Source: Octopus bimaculoides
Taxonomy: Eukaryota
DNA length: 64,000 bases
Assembly (NCBI RefSeq): GCF_001194135.2
Contig: NC_068991.1
Location: 35,075,690 to 35,139,689, forward strand
Direction of reading: 5' to 3'
The stretch's first letter is position 1. Each line of letters starts with the position of its first letter. Of this stretch, positions 1-12,324 are shown piece after piece. A program made the position numbers and the translations under genes. The notes under the pieces are model-generated. The model was not told where the DNA came from. It searched no databases and saw only the letters and a program-made list of their open reading frames with translations.

Positions 1-1066
1 AGTAATGAATTCCAGGTAGAGGTAGGGGTCCACCAAGGTTCCGTCCTCAGCCCCCTCCTATTTATCATAGTCCTCCAGGCGATCACAGAGGAATTCAAGA
101 CAGGTTGCCCTTGGGAGCTCCTCTATGCTGATGACCTTGCTCTAATTGCGGAGTCACTATCAGAACTAGAGAAGTTTCAGGTGTGGAAGCAAGGACTAGA
201 ATCGAAGGGCCTTAGAGTCAACCTAGCAGAAACCAAAATCCTAATAAGTAGGAAGGTAGATAAAACATAAACCCCTTCAGGTAGATTGCCCTGCTCAGTA
301 TGTAGAAAAGGAGTAGGTAGTAACTCTATAAGATGTACCCGGTGCAAGCTATAGACGCATAAGAGGTACAGGAATATCAAAGGCAGGTTAACTAGGGTGT
401 TAGTTTTTGTATGTGGCAGATGTTCAGGTGCAATTATCACTGTAAACAAACAGGAAACAACTTCTATCTCATTCCAGGGAGAAAAACTAGAGGTAGTCGA
501 TAGCTTCCGCTATCTGGGTGACCAAGTTAGTAGTGGGGGTGGGTGCGCTGAAAGTGTAGTTGCTAGAATAAGAATAGCCTGGGCAAAGTTTAGAGAGCTC
601 TTACCTCTGCTGGCGACAAAGGGACTCTCACTCAGAGTAAAAGGCAGACTGTATGATGCATGTGTACGAACAGCCATGCTACATGGCAGTGAAACATGGG
701 CTGTGACTGCTGAGNNNNNNNNNNNNNNNNNNNNNNNNNNNNNNNNNNNNNNNNNNNNNNNNNNNNNNNNNNNNNNNNNNNNNNNNNNNNNNNNNNNNNN
801 NNNNNNNNNNNNNNNNNNNNNNNNNNNNNNNNNNNNNNNNNNNNNNNNNNNNNNNNNNNNNNNNNNNNNNNNNNNNNNNNNNNNNNNNNNNNNNNNNNNN
901 NNNNNNNNNNNNNNNNNNNNNNNNNNNNNNNNNNNNNNNNNNNNNNNNNNNNNNNNNNNNNNNNNNNNNGCACTATTTTGAGCGTGGCCGTTGCCAGTAC
1001 CGCCTGACTGGCCCTCGTGCAGGTGACATGTAAAAGCACCCACTATACTCTCTGATGATGATGATT
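1..1066 (+). mobile_element. RTE-clade LINE, 3' part (RT C-terminus plus 3' tail), gap inside
   Basis: Frame 1 reads GVHQGSVLSPLLFIIVLQA...WELLYADDLALIA. ORF 397-714 reads KGRLYDACVRTAMLHGSETW. Ends with the tgtaaaagcacccact tail and (GAT)n. Confidence 0.9.
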
Positions 1067-1409
1067 ATGTTAAATTTTTGAAATGCAAATATGTGAATGA
1101 AAATTAGTTCAGACCTCTACATGGTAGCTACACCTGGTAGAAATAGCAGCCAAATCTCCCTCAAGACACCCTACTGTCTTAATCCGACAATTCTGCATAT
1201 TATGTAGTTTGAATGAGAAACTGTAACTAAAGATTAAGATTATTAACCCTACAAAAAAGGTGAAAGAAGAGAGACAGCATAGTGAAAGTTTTGGCTGACT
1301 GTCATCCTGTACTCCCCTTGTTGCTAGCGAAATGGTATATGCCGGCTGTGTGAGCAACTGGTTGTTTTAATGGCGGATCAAAGAGGGAAATTCCATTAGA
1401 AAAAGTTTT

Positions 1410-1579
1410 AATCGATTTTCTTGGTAAGTATGGGGCTAGGAAAAAAATTACAAACCGCATTCCAATCTATGCACCCATCTGCACGTGTGCCATTTTTCAT
1501 GCAAATTCACCCAGCCGTTTGGCTGTGAACCTTAAGACAAAGAATACAACGATCACCCATGTCCAATTTATATTATAGA
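1410..1579 (-). mobile_element. Non-autonomous Helitron-like 5' terminal fragment
   Basis: Minus strand begins a|TCTATAATATAAATT, with a ttttcatgcaaattcacccagccgtttggc segment resembling the other Helitron-like ends in this window. Confidence 0.45.
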
Positions 1580-3062
1580 TTAGTAAATTTTTTCCCTTCT
1601 TTCTATATTTGAATTTTGTTGCAATTACATTTTTATGATGGACACCTCTTACTATTTACAATTTAACTGTTTTGTAGGAAGAAGTAGAACCTGTTGCAAA
1701 CTAAAATTACTGAATCAGTATTAAAAACGACTTGTTCTGAGGAGTATAATGTCTGTATCAAAGTCTAAACTCATTAGCTTCTAGCCTGTATTTCATCACT
1801 TATTATTACAACCCTGAATTAGTATTATAAATATCATTTGATTTTGTCCAGAGCATAGAAATAAATGTATAATTATAGATATTTGTAGGGGCTGATGTGG
1901 GTCTATTTATCAGTTATTACTAAAGTTATCTGATCTCAGTGTGGGCATGAAGATAATTTAAACTGAAATAGCTGCAGAAGGAGAAATATACTTATGCAAG
2001 AGCGTGGGATGGGATATACTATATATACAATGAAGCAAATATTTACTGATTGAACAGAATTTATCATGCAACTATACTTCTTAAGCTTTCTTATAATGAG
2101 ACATTGTTCTTATGTTAACTAATAAAGAAGTAAAAGTTATGAAATGAATTGGGGTGGGGAATGGGAGAGCAAGATAGCATGTGTGTGTGTGTGCACATAG
2201 ACCCATCACTGATTTTGCTCATACTCTGCCTGCTAACAGAATGTTTTCTTTAACTTCTTTATACACTACAATGTTCATCAAGGAAGTTATCCACTTAAGA
2301 AAAAATACACTGTTTACTCTTGCTCTTCCTGCCACTTAATGCTTCTCATTTCATTCATCTGACAAATATTTTCCAAGTTCTAACAGGATGTCTACTCTTA
2401 AAAAGGTAAATGTCTAATTAATCTGGCATTTTACTTATCTCTCCAGTCCAGTATGTATGTATTGGGGTGGTTCTTAATTTTGGGCTTTTTGCTTGTTTAT
2501 TTTATTTCTGATATCTTAAGGAAATAATGCTCTACCATATATATATATATATATATATATATTTGAAATTATTCCTTGGATGTATGTGTCCATATATTCT
2601 TGAAAATTTTGTTTCACTATAATTAGCTAAAATCCAAACTATTACATATTTATCTGTGTCATGTGTAATTGCTTGTGTGTATGTTTATACATTCACATAC
2701 TTGTATCTATCTATATACAGGGGGAGAGAGAGAGAAAACACTATCATGATTTTAATTTTCATGTTGGTATGAGCAGACATGTTTGCAATACAGCATCTTT
2801 CCATGTGTTAATCGTCTATTATTTATAACCTAATGCTGTTAGATCCTGATTTTTTTAATTCATCATAATCTTTCTTGATCTCACTTTTTAAACAAATTCC
2901 TTTTATCATCAACTTATGTAAGCCAATGCAAGAGCCTCTATTTTCATTGTTGCTTGACCTAGTAGAAATAGCTGCCAATCTTTCCCACCCTATCATCTTG
3001 AAAAGGGACACTTTCAGTAATGTAGTCTTATCTGTCTATATATATATATATACACACACATA

Positions 3063-3113
3063 CTAGCAGAGATATCCGGTGTTGCTTGGGATTGGGATTA
3101 CAATGGCATAGTT

Positions 3114-3176
<63 letters not shown>

Positions 3177-4420
3177 CAGTTATGTTGAAACAGGTGATAC
3201 GGGAAAGTGTAGCATTGATGACAAAACATTTGTGGAGTAAATAATGGGGTTAATTCGATTAAGTGACATGTCACGTGTCTGTTTGGAGTATTCCAGGCCC
3301 TAACCTGTCATGGAAAATTGGAGGTGGGGGCGTAGGTAATTTTTGAATGCACCGTAAAGCTGTTAGTGGATATACTCTCCTTTGCGATGGTTGGCGCTGC
3401 GTCTAAGATGACTCATCGTCTGAAGTTTTGACACCTCCTTTGGGTTTGTTGCCCTAAATCACTCATAAAGTAAATTTGGAGGAACTGTGGTTGTTTATTT
3501 GTTGGTAACAGGGAAGCAATGAGGTGATAGACTTGCCCTTGAACTTTGAACATTGGCGTAAATCCATGTTCAACCATCTCCTTAGATGCACCAAATGATA
3601 TCATTTGAAATACAGGGTTGTATTGTCTGATATTGTTCAGAAAATCCTTTGACTGGATGGAAGTGCCTTCCAGAAGATCTATAAGAGGTTGAAGAGGAGC
3701 TGGAAGTGCTGGCATCTTGCCTTACTGCCTGAGCAGCACATGCCATAAGTTTCATTTGGAAATTTTAAAGCTTTGAAGAAATGACAATTTGAGTTTAGCA
3801 CACCAATTTGGACAAAATTATTTTTATAAAAATGGGATGGATCATATCTGAAAGCAGCTCCAGCAGTTGTGAACAATGAATTTGTACATAGTCTGTTACT
3901 GAGAGCTGTTCTATGGGACCTCTGTCTAATCATGAAAACGTTTTAATGATTCAGCATTAGGTACTGCAGCATGCCTTTGCTGATCTTGAGACTCCATTTG
4001 ATGTGCTGCTACATGCATTTGCTGATCTTTGGAAAGTCTCTCACTTCTGTCTTGAGACTCCATTTGATGTGCTACTGCATGTGTTTGTTGATGTTGGGAA
4101 TGTTACATTCCCCTTCTCTCTTGAGACTTCATTTGACGTGCTGCAGCATGCATTTGCTGATCTTGGTAAAATCTCATCTCTTTCTGTATTGAGACTCCGT
4201 CTGACGTGCTGCAGTATGCCTTTGCTGAACTTGGGAAAGTCTCATCTCCCTTCTCTGTGGAGGAGCTAGTTGTGCTGGCAATCTTACCTTACCACCTGAG
4301 CAGCACATGCCATTAGTTTCATTTGGAAATATTAAAGCTTTGCAGAAATGAGTTTAGCACACCAATTTGGACAAAATTATCATTTTTATAAGAATGGGAT
4401 GGATCATATCTGAAAGCAAC
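3063..4420 (-). mobile_element. Internally deleted Helitron (Rep N-terminal remnant plus 3' terminus)
   Basis: Minus ORFs read AAFRYDP...ALKFPNETYGMCCSGSK and FLNNIRQYN..FQMISFGA...FKVQGQVYHLIASLLP...FLQIYF. 3' CTAG|T at 3063-3066 is preceded by an imperfect GC hairpin. Confidence 0.85.
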
Positions 4421-4423
4421 TCC

Positions 4424-6990
4424 AAGAGTTCAATGATGAGAGGAGTGGATTGAGAACCAAACTCTGAATGCCTCCCTGTACACTAAACTCATCACTAACT
4501 ATTACCTTACAAACAGCACTATTGTATATGGCCTGTACTGCTTTCACAAGCCATTCATCTATCTTTAGCTTCCTCAGAGACTACCATATCACAGAGTGAG
4601 ATACTCTGTTGAAGGCTTTCTCCAACTCAACAAATGCCAGGTACAACTGCTTATTCTTAGCTAAATACTTCTCTCGCAGTTGCATGACTATGAAAATAGC
4701 ATCAGTAGTGCTTCTCTTCGGCACAAAACCAAACTGCATTTCATCTAGCCTAATTTTGTTCCTAATTAATTGTTTATAACTCTTTCTGTAACTTTCCTGA
4801 CCTGGTCCAGCAATTTGATGCCTCTATAATTACTTCTATCTAAAGCATCTTCTTTACTTTTGTAACAGCTGACTATAATGTTGCTACACCAGTCACCTGG
4901 GATTATGCCTTCTTCAATAACCTGATTAACTATACAGGTGACTAGATCGTATTCTACTCTACCAGATATTTTAAACAGCTCACCAGTGACTCCTGATGGA
5001 CCAATGGCTTTCCTTGTCTTCATATCTTTAACTGCCTTGTCTATCATACTGTTGCCAACTAGGATAGGAGATTCCCTTTCTCCTATTCATTCACCACATT
5101 TAATAACCTTTCATAGAAGCTCTTCCATGCCTTTTTCTTTTCAGAATTACTAAGTATAACCAAATCATTCTCCATCCATACACACTTCTCTCCCACAACG
5201 TCTCAATTCTCTCTGACACAATATCTAGCAATCCAGAACACCTCAAGTCTCTGATCTTCATGCTGTAAGACATTGGCAAACCTCTGCCTTTCTGCTTCTG
5301 CCCTTTCTAGAGAAACCTCATGTCTAGCTTTCCTTTTAGCTATCTGATATGGCTACCCCTATTTTTCCATTCTGTCCAAACCTGTCTTTTCTCTTTTATG
5401 GATGGCCATGTCGATCTCACTGTTCCACTACCTTTTCACCCTCGGTCTGACAAGAGCCTTGATCCAACCTCAGATTTGGTCTGTCATTTTCAGATTATCC
5501 TGTAAGAACTTCCAGTTGCTCTTTATGTCATATGTCTCTGTCTGTTCCTTCTAATAAATAAATGATAAATAAATTTATTAATCCAATTTACGTTGAATAT
5601 TTTTTTTATTGATTACAATGAGTAAAGATTACAAAACAAATTTTTTTCAAAAATTGCATAGAAAAATTGGATTGAGCCCTTTGGCAGCTTGGTTGATTTG
5701 GGCAAGTTGGCAGGACATCAAAAAATAAATAGGTCAGTAATTATAAAACAAAAAAAAGGAAAAAAAAGAACATCTGTGTGGCACCTTGGGCAAGTCTTCT
5801 ACTATAGCCTCGGGCTGACCAAAGCCTTGTGAGTGGATTTGGTAGATGGAAACTGAAAGAAACCTGTCGTGTATATATATGTGTGTGTTTGCGTGTCTAT
5901 GTTTGTCCCCCCCAACATCGCTTGACAACTGATGTTAGTGTGTTTACATCCCCGTAACTTAGCAGTTCAGCAAAAGAAACTGATAGAATAAGTACTAGGC
6001 TTCCAACGATTAAGTCCTGAGGTCGATTTGCTCGACTAAAGGTGGTGCTCCAGCATGGCCGCAGTCAAATGACTGAAACAAGTAAAAGAGTAAAAGAGAG
6101 TAAAGAGTATGTTAATACTGTTATAAATAAAGCTTTTTTGACAAATTGACAAAAGGGCGTTTCAAAATTCAAGTCAGCAATACCTCTAAATTTCTGTTCT
6201 TTGAGCTTCTGTAATCTCCTTTTCCATATCAAGCTTATGTCTCTGGGTCCTTCTAGCCCTAAGTCTGAAGTTGCTAACCATTAACCTTTGTTGAGTTGTA
6301 CATTCTTCACCTAGGAAGAACTTTGCATTCATGAGCGTCCACCTGTCCCTGTTTCTGGTGAAAATGTAGTCAGTCTGGCTAGTGTGTCCACCAGACTAGT
6401 AAATGATCAAATGGCTGGCAAGTTTCCTGAAGTTGGTATTGCAAACCAGTAAGTCATTTGCTTCAAAAAACTTCAACAGCCTTATTCCCTCCTCAGTTCT
6501 AGAACCAAAACCATAATCTCCATGCATGCTATGAAATCCATCTGAGTGCTTTCCAATATGACCAGTGAAGTCTCCAGCCTTGATGGTAATGTTGGTGTTT
6601 TTCATTGTTGAGCTAATCTATGGAGGGATTCTTAGAAATGGTGCTTCTGAACATCTGCTGACATGTGGAGCATATGCAGAGATAAATGACACATTAAACA
6701 AGACTATTCTTAGCTTAATATTCCTATTGCACACCCTAACTCAGTCACCTTATCCACCCATTTCTCTGTCTGAAGTATACCTACACCCATCTCATAATTT
6801 TTATTTATGTTCCTTGCCCACAAGCAGTCTAGTAGAGGTTCACCTCTATCATTCCTTTTGCACACAGCACACATTTGCATGCTTCTGCCCAAGTATTTCA
6901 ACAATCTCATCAGACCTACTTTTTATTGTGCCAATGTTTGTGGTAGCTCTAAGCTTGTGGACCTGGGAAGCATGTGAGGATGGTAGTTGG
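4424..6990 (-). mobile_element. Degraded RTE LINE (APE and RT parts), interrupted at about 5540-6110
   Basis: ORFs read MIDKAVKDMKTRKAIGPSG...NYRGIKLLDQV and AGDFTGHIGKHSDGFHSMHGDYGFGSRTEEGIRLL...NTNFRK; homologous to the 20681-25017 element. Confidence 0.85.
5776..6110 (+). mobile_element. SINE-like element with (AAGAGTA)n tail
   Basis: gtggcaccttgggcaagtcttctactatagcc body and gactgaaacaagtaaaagagtaaaagag tail. A reverse tail fragment occurs near 35865-35905. Confidence 0.7.
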
Positions 6991-9060
6991 GGAGTGGGGA
7001 TGTTTTTATTAAGCTACCAAGTAGTTTTTAACAATGCAGAAGGAGCTGAGCATGCCATGATAATATATACTTATAAATTATCAGTAGTAAATAATGTTTA
7101 GTGTCATCATAAAAAAACAAACTATGCCATAATTTGTCTCTTTGTGGACGTACTTTGATTAATCTACTACAATACACAGATACATATATAACTTCAGCAG
7201 TTTTTTTTTTTATACTACATATCTTTAAAGTAATCAAAACTCTGTCATGTGAATGATTGTTATCATGAGTTTAACAAACAATGGTATTATTTTTTAAACT
7301 TATTCTAAGTTTGTATTCTTTAGTATGTCAATCTTGTTAGGCCATCTTGCATAGATTTTTTGACAGTCTTGAGAGCAGAATGATTAATGTAGTTGATCTG
7401 AACTAGATTATTTCTAAAATGTATCTCTCTGAATCGATGGAATAAATCTTTTGCAAATATTCTATTACATGACCTTTTCTAAATTGCATTCCTCTCTTCC
7501 CTCTTCTGTCTTTTTTCTCCCTCTTTTATTCTTTCCTTACTCCCCTATTCTGTATCTTTTGCTTTCTGATTCTGCCTTTTGTCTTCCTCTTTCTCTCCTT
7601 TCTAGCTATCCTGTTCTTTTTATATTCTATTTCGTTTTTGTTACCTTTTTCCTTCTCCTCTTTGTCTCTTGTAGCCTTCTGTCTTTCACCTCTTTCTCTT
7701 TATTTTCTGACACTCTTTATCTTTTCTTTCTCTCCTTACTCTTTTTTACATAAACCTCAGTTCTCCTCTCTCAGTGCTTGCAGTATTATAAGAGTTGTAT
7801 TTTATTACAAAATTGTGTGGCATAGACACAGAAAAATGTCTTTATTTATCACTATTAATTTTTTATATTTTCCAGTTATACAATGTTTTGTATATCAAGA
7901 AAATGAGGGATTTTGCTGTTTTGTATTGGTAATAAAAGGAAATAATTTCATTAGTGTAATTGATAATTTCATCTCTTTCCCCTCACAGGGATAATTTATG
8001 TCAAGTCTTTCTAAAATAGACAGGAAACATTCCAAATAAATCTATAGTAACTTCTGAAACATTAATTTTAGGTTATGTGATGTAAAAAAAAAAAAAAAGA
8101 ACTATTGACAAATTTGTTTGTTCCATTTCATTCCTCAAATACATACTGATTTTCATTGTGTGGTAGAATTTGAAGCCAAATTTATTTTGTTGTCAATTAA
8201 ATAATCTGAAATTAAGACCCTTTGTGAGGTACCTTGGCAATGTCTTCTACCTCAGATTGATGAATACCTTGAAGGTAGAATTTGGTAAACAGAAACTGTG
8301 TGAAAGCTTGTCATATATATCATTATCATTTAATGTCATAGGCATTACTGGATGGATATGGAGTTCACTTCGTAGCTATGTGCTTTTGAGTTCTATCTCA
8401 TTGCATGGCATTTTGGGAAAATGCTTTCTACTATATCTCCAGGCTGACTAATGGCTTGTGACTGGAATTGGTAAACAGAAACTGTATGGAAGTCCATTGT
8501 GTGTGTGTGTATGCTTACAGTGTGTCTTTTTATGAAATTGTTTAACCAAGAAAAATAGTGACATTATGTTGACATTATCTATGTACAAATCATTCTCTAT
8601 CTCTGTAATTTCAAAGACATGTTATAGAAATTCCCATACTTCAAAACAGGTAAAGGTTGGCAACAGGAAGAGCATCTGGCCATAAAACAATGCATCAATA
8701 ACAAGTCTTTGACCAATGCTGGCATGGGAAATTGGATGTAAACCAAGTTAATGCATGTGTCTGTTGACAGAGTAGATCAGCAAAGGATGTAAACATTCAC
8801 ACTTTCTGAATAAAGTCTTTTGTGATACTTGTTTTGCACTGAACTACAAACATGCTTATGTCAGAAGGTAGTGGGTTCTTGTGTATAGTGAAATGTGGTG
8901 AACCAGTGATTGACCTGTACTCTATGATACTATTGTTCATCAATTGCAATAAATGCTAAGGTATTTTGTTTGGCACCTTAGTATTTCTGTGAACCTGTTG
9001 CTATTAGATAATAATAATAATAATAATAATTATTATTATTTTAAAGTGAACAACTATAAT

Positions 9061-9350
9061 GAATTAGAGTGGGAAATACAGAGGTTATGAGCAATAGAAA
9101 AAGTGAACGTGAAAGCAATGGTTATTGGTGTACTTGGAAGCATCAGTACTTAACTACCAACATGGCTCAAAAAGATTGGAATGAATGTAAAGATGGAATA
9201 CCTATAAAAAAATCATCATTGCTTGGAACTGCAAGAGTACTCTGCAGGATTCTTGAAGCATGATCAATAAACAAATGTCTCCTTAGTCTGCTGGCTGTGG
9301 GCAGCTGGCACTTTCCATCATACCCAGTAAAATAAAGTTGAGATTTTTCA
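9061..9350 (+). mobile_element. R4/Dong-type RLE element, 3' fragment
   Basis: Reads ELEWEIQRL...VIG.LG...KSSLLGTARVLCRILEA*, flanked by (TAA)/(TTA) repeats. Confidence 0.65.
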
Positions 9351-9365
9351 TGATATAATAATGAT

Positions 9366-9575
9366 TTCAAATTTTGGCACAAGGCCAGCAATTTCAGGGG
9401 AGGGGGTAAGTTGATTACACCAACCTCAGTGTTTAACTGGTACTTATTTCATTGATCCCAAAAGGTTGAAAGACAATGTCAACCTCAGTGGAATTAGAAT
9501 TCAGAACGTGAAGATGGATAAAATACCATTAAGAATTTTGCCCGGAATATTAACTATTCTGCCAGCTTGTTGCCT
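9366..9575 (-). mobile_element. tRNA-derived SINE (aaatttgaaatc-tail variant)
   Basis: Minus strand reads aaggcaacaagctggcagaatagttaat...ttctgaattctaattcc...ggccttgtgccaaaatttgaaatcattatt. Confidence 0.75.
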
Positions 9576-9864
9576 TGTGACATAATAATAACAATAATAA
9601 TAATGGATTCTCCCGTCGAAGACAACATGAGTGTTCAGCTTCTGCTAAATGACTTGCACAAATGATTTGTTTATAGTGATCAAATGTCTGTCGTACATTA
9701 GCTCACTCCCTCCATCAAATCAACATTGCCTGAACAGGTGCATGGTGCACCAAGCATCAGGCGTTGAAATGATCACAGAGCAATGTGAGATGAATTGGAA
9801 ATCTAGGAATTGGAAATCTAATCTCGTGACCATGAGTGCAACACCCTAACCACTAATAATAATA

Positions 9865-10079
9865 ATCCTTTCTACTATAGGCACAAGGCCTGAAATTTTG
9901 GGAGAATTTTGGGTCAGTTACATTGACCCCAGTATTTCACTGGTACTTAATTTATCAACCCTGAAAGGATGAAAGGCGAAATCGACCTCGGTGAAATTTG
10001 AACTCAGAACATAACAACGGGCAAAATACTGTTAAGCATTTCAACCAGCATGCTAACGATTCTACCAGTTTGCCGCCTT
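9865..10079 (-). mobile_element. tRNA-derived SINE (cctatagtagaaagg-tail variant)
   Basis: Minus strand reads aaggcggcaaactggtagaatcgttagc...gttctgagttcaaatt (B box)...ggccttgtgcctatagtagaaaggattattatt; TAA repeats on both sides. Confidence 0.8.
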
Positions 10080-10119
10080 AATAATAATAATAGTAACAAT
10101 AATAATAATAATAATAATA

Positions 10120-10167
<48 letters not shown>

Positions 10168-10168
<1 letters not shown>

Positions 10169-10310
10169 TGAGTTCAAATTCTGCCAAAGTAGACTTTTCC
10201 TTTCATCCTTTCGGGGTTGATAAATTGAGGGCCAGTGAAACACTGGGGTTGATGTAATTGACTAGTCCCCTCCCAAATTTTAGGCCTTGTGCCTATAGTA
10301 GAAAAAACTA
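10168..10310 (+). mobile_element. 5'-truncated tRNA-derived SINE
   Basis: tctgagttcaaattctgcc...cactggggttgatgtaattgact...ggccttgtgcctatagtaga following a long (ATT)n run. Confidence 0.75.
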
Positions 10311-10329
10311 TTATCATTATTTTAACTCC

Positions 10330-11215
10330 ACTTTTGTTGGAAGTCCTGGAGTCTTGTATGAATTGTGGGCTTGCTACAGTACCATGCTATCTATTATCAA
10401 TTATTTAATTCTTTCCTGATGATTCTGGCTGTGCCAAGGAGACAAACTTTTTGTTGCAATCTTACTGGACACTATTTCTATTTCCTTTATATTCTTCTTA
10501 ATAGCTTCTGATACTGTGCCCAAGACCCCAACAGTAATTGGCACTATCTTTTTTCATTTTTCACAGTCAAGCTATCTCTTACCAGACATTCTATTCCAAT
10601 TTCTTTTATATTTCTCTTAATATCTTTAGATATTGTGTTGTTATTCTTCAATAGTTTTTTTTTTATCATATGCTTTCACTGCACTACTGAGCACAGCTCT
10701 GTGTGCCTTGGGTATTTACTGTGGTTTGTTTTGATGTTGTTATTTTCATTGTATTGAAAGTGCTTTGTATAGGATGTGTGCAGTGCCTAGTAATGCTATT
10801 TTCTGCATGATATGTATATTTATAAGTCTTAGTGTTTTGGTTATGTATTTGTATATTTTTTAATCATACCTAATGCACCTATTATTATAAAAGTTGGTTC
10901 AGTTTTTTAGGCTCCACATTCAGATTATCTCTATTAACAAATCTTTGTATTTTGAGAGTTTCTCCATTTCTTTTAGAGATACATTATCATCCGTTTGGAC
11001 TGATACAAGTTTTATTAGAAGGCATTTTGTTCTTGATCTCTGACAACTATATCTGGTCTATTAGCCTTGATCTCTCTGTGTACTGACATATCCCAGATTA
11101 TAGTTGCTTTGTCATTTTCTGAGACCTTTTCTAGGAAATGCCTACACCATCTTTTTTCTCTTTGTCATTCCATAGTGTTGGTACAGCTTCCAGTGTATAT
11201 AGGTCCCAACTCTGT
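10330..11215 (-). mobile_element. Two tandem R4/Dong-type 3' fragments
   Basis: Minus strand encodes degraded IWDMSVH.EIKANRPDIVV...QKIALLGTAHILYKALS, plus a second fragment ending at about 10340. Confidence 0.7.
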
Positions 11216-12324
11216 TATCAATATGGGTTCAAGGTTATAAATTGTAGGAAGGAATATAGTTGATTACTCTCTAGTAGAATGAAAGGCAAAATTAACTCAA
11301 GCTGGCTTTGAACTAAGAACATAAATGAATTTTAAGATAATTAAACACCACTAGAAATTTTATTGAGTATGATTCCAATTCTCCCATCTACTGTTCTTAT
11401 GTGAATAATAACAACAATAATAATGATTTTTTTTTCCCCCACATAAATATAAAACATGATAGAGCAGTGATGGTAGCTTATCAAGCACCTTACCTGAAAT
11501 TTGGTAAGGAAAGGGATATGAGAAATCATGACACGTTTTCCTTTTTAACATGTATTATTATAATGTATAATATAAATTGTATTATGTATAAACTTGTAAT
11601 TCAGACTACATAACAATTATTATATGACTTGATCACACCAATTTATGTTAGAAAGAGCAGTGACTTTAGGAGTTAGTGTTTTGGCATCCAAACTGTGTGA
11701 CCTGCCCAGTACAGTTGTAATTGCTTCAAAATTGTGTGGATGCTGAACAGTTCAGTATGAGAGAGTGCCTCTGTGTTATGAATCCTGACTTGCTATCCTA
11801 ATGCCAAAACTTTTTCTCAGATGGGCAGTATAGTAGCAGTTCAGCTTCCTTGGATGTCATTGGCAGACAGTCCATAGAACAATGGGGTGAGAACTATGAC
11901 TTAGTAAACCTTGATCGTTGTCTCTGCAGTGATGCTCTTCTGTCCCACCTATTCTTGTGAAGTCTTTTGAATGTGGCACTGTCCTTAGCAAGTTTGGTAT
12001 TCATTTTGTCATTATTGATGGCAGTTAAGGAGAGCATACCTTCCAGATAGGTTAACTTGTCTACCGCATTCAGCTGTTATCCATTGATGATGGTTGGGTT
12101 CAACATATGTCTTTCTTGGAGCTGCCTGATGCATCACTTCAGTGTTTTTTGTACTGATTGTCAGGCTGAAATTTTTAGACATCAGAAAACTTCTCAACAC
12201 TGTATTGCATATCAACCTTTGAGACAATGTTGAGAGCACAGTCTTTGGCATACAAAGTCATTGAAACTTTGGTTTTTGTTGAAAGACTCCTGAGATTTAA
12301 GCCTGAGCATCAGTGTGGTATCTA

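Noticed and set aside
3960-4260. CRISPR-like repeat-spacer array
   Set aside because: Degenerate tandem coding repeats of a Helitron with no unique spacers, in a eukaryotic context.
7451-7753. Hydrophobic F/L/S-rich ORFs here and at 40583-40873, 37158-37618, 38242-38703, 61066-61422
   Set aside because: They arise from CT-rich or GTT-rich low-complexity DNA, with no splice or homology support.
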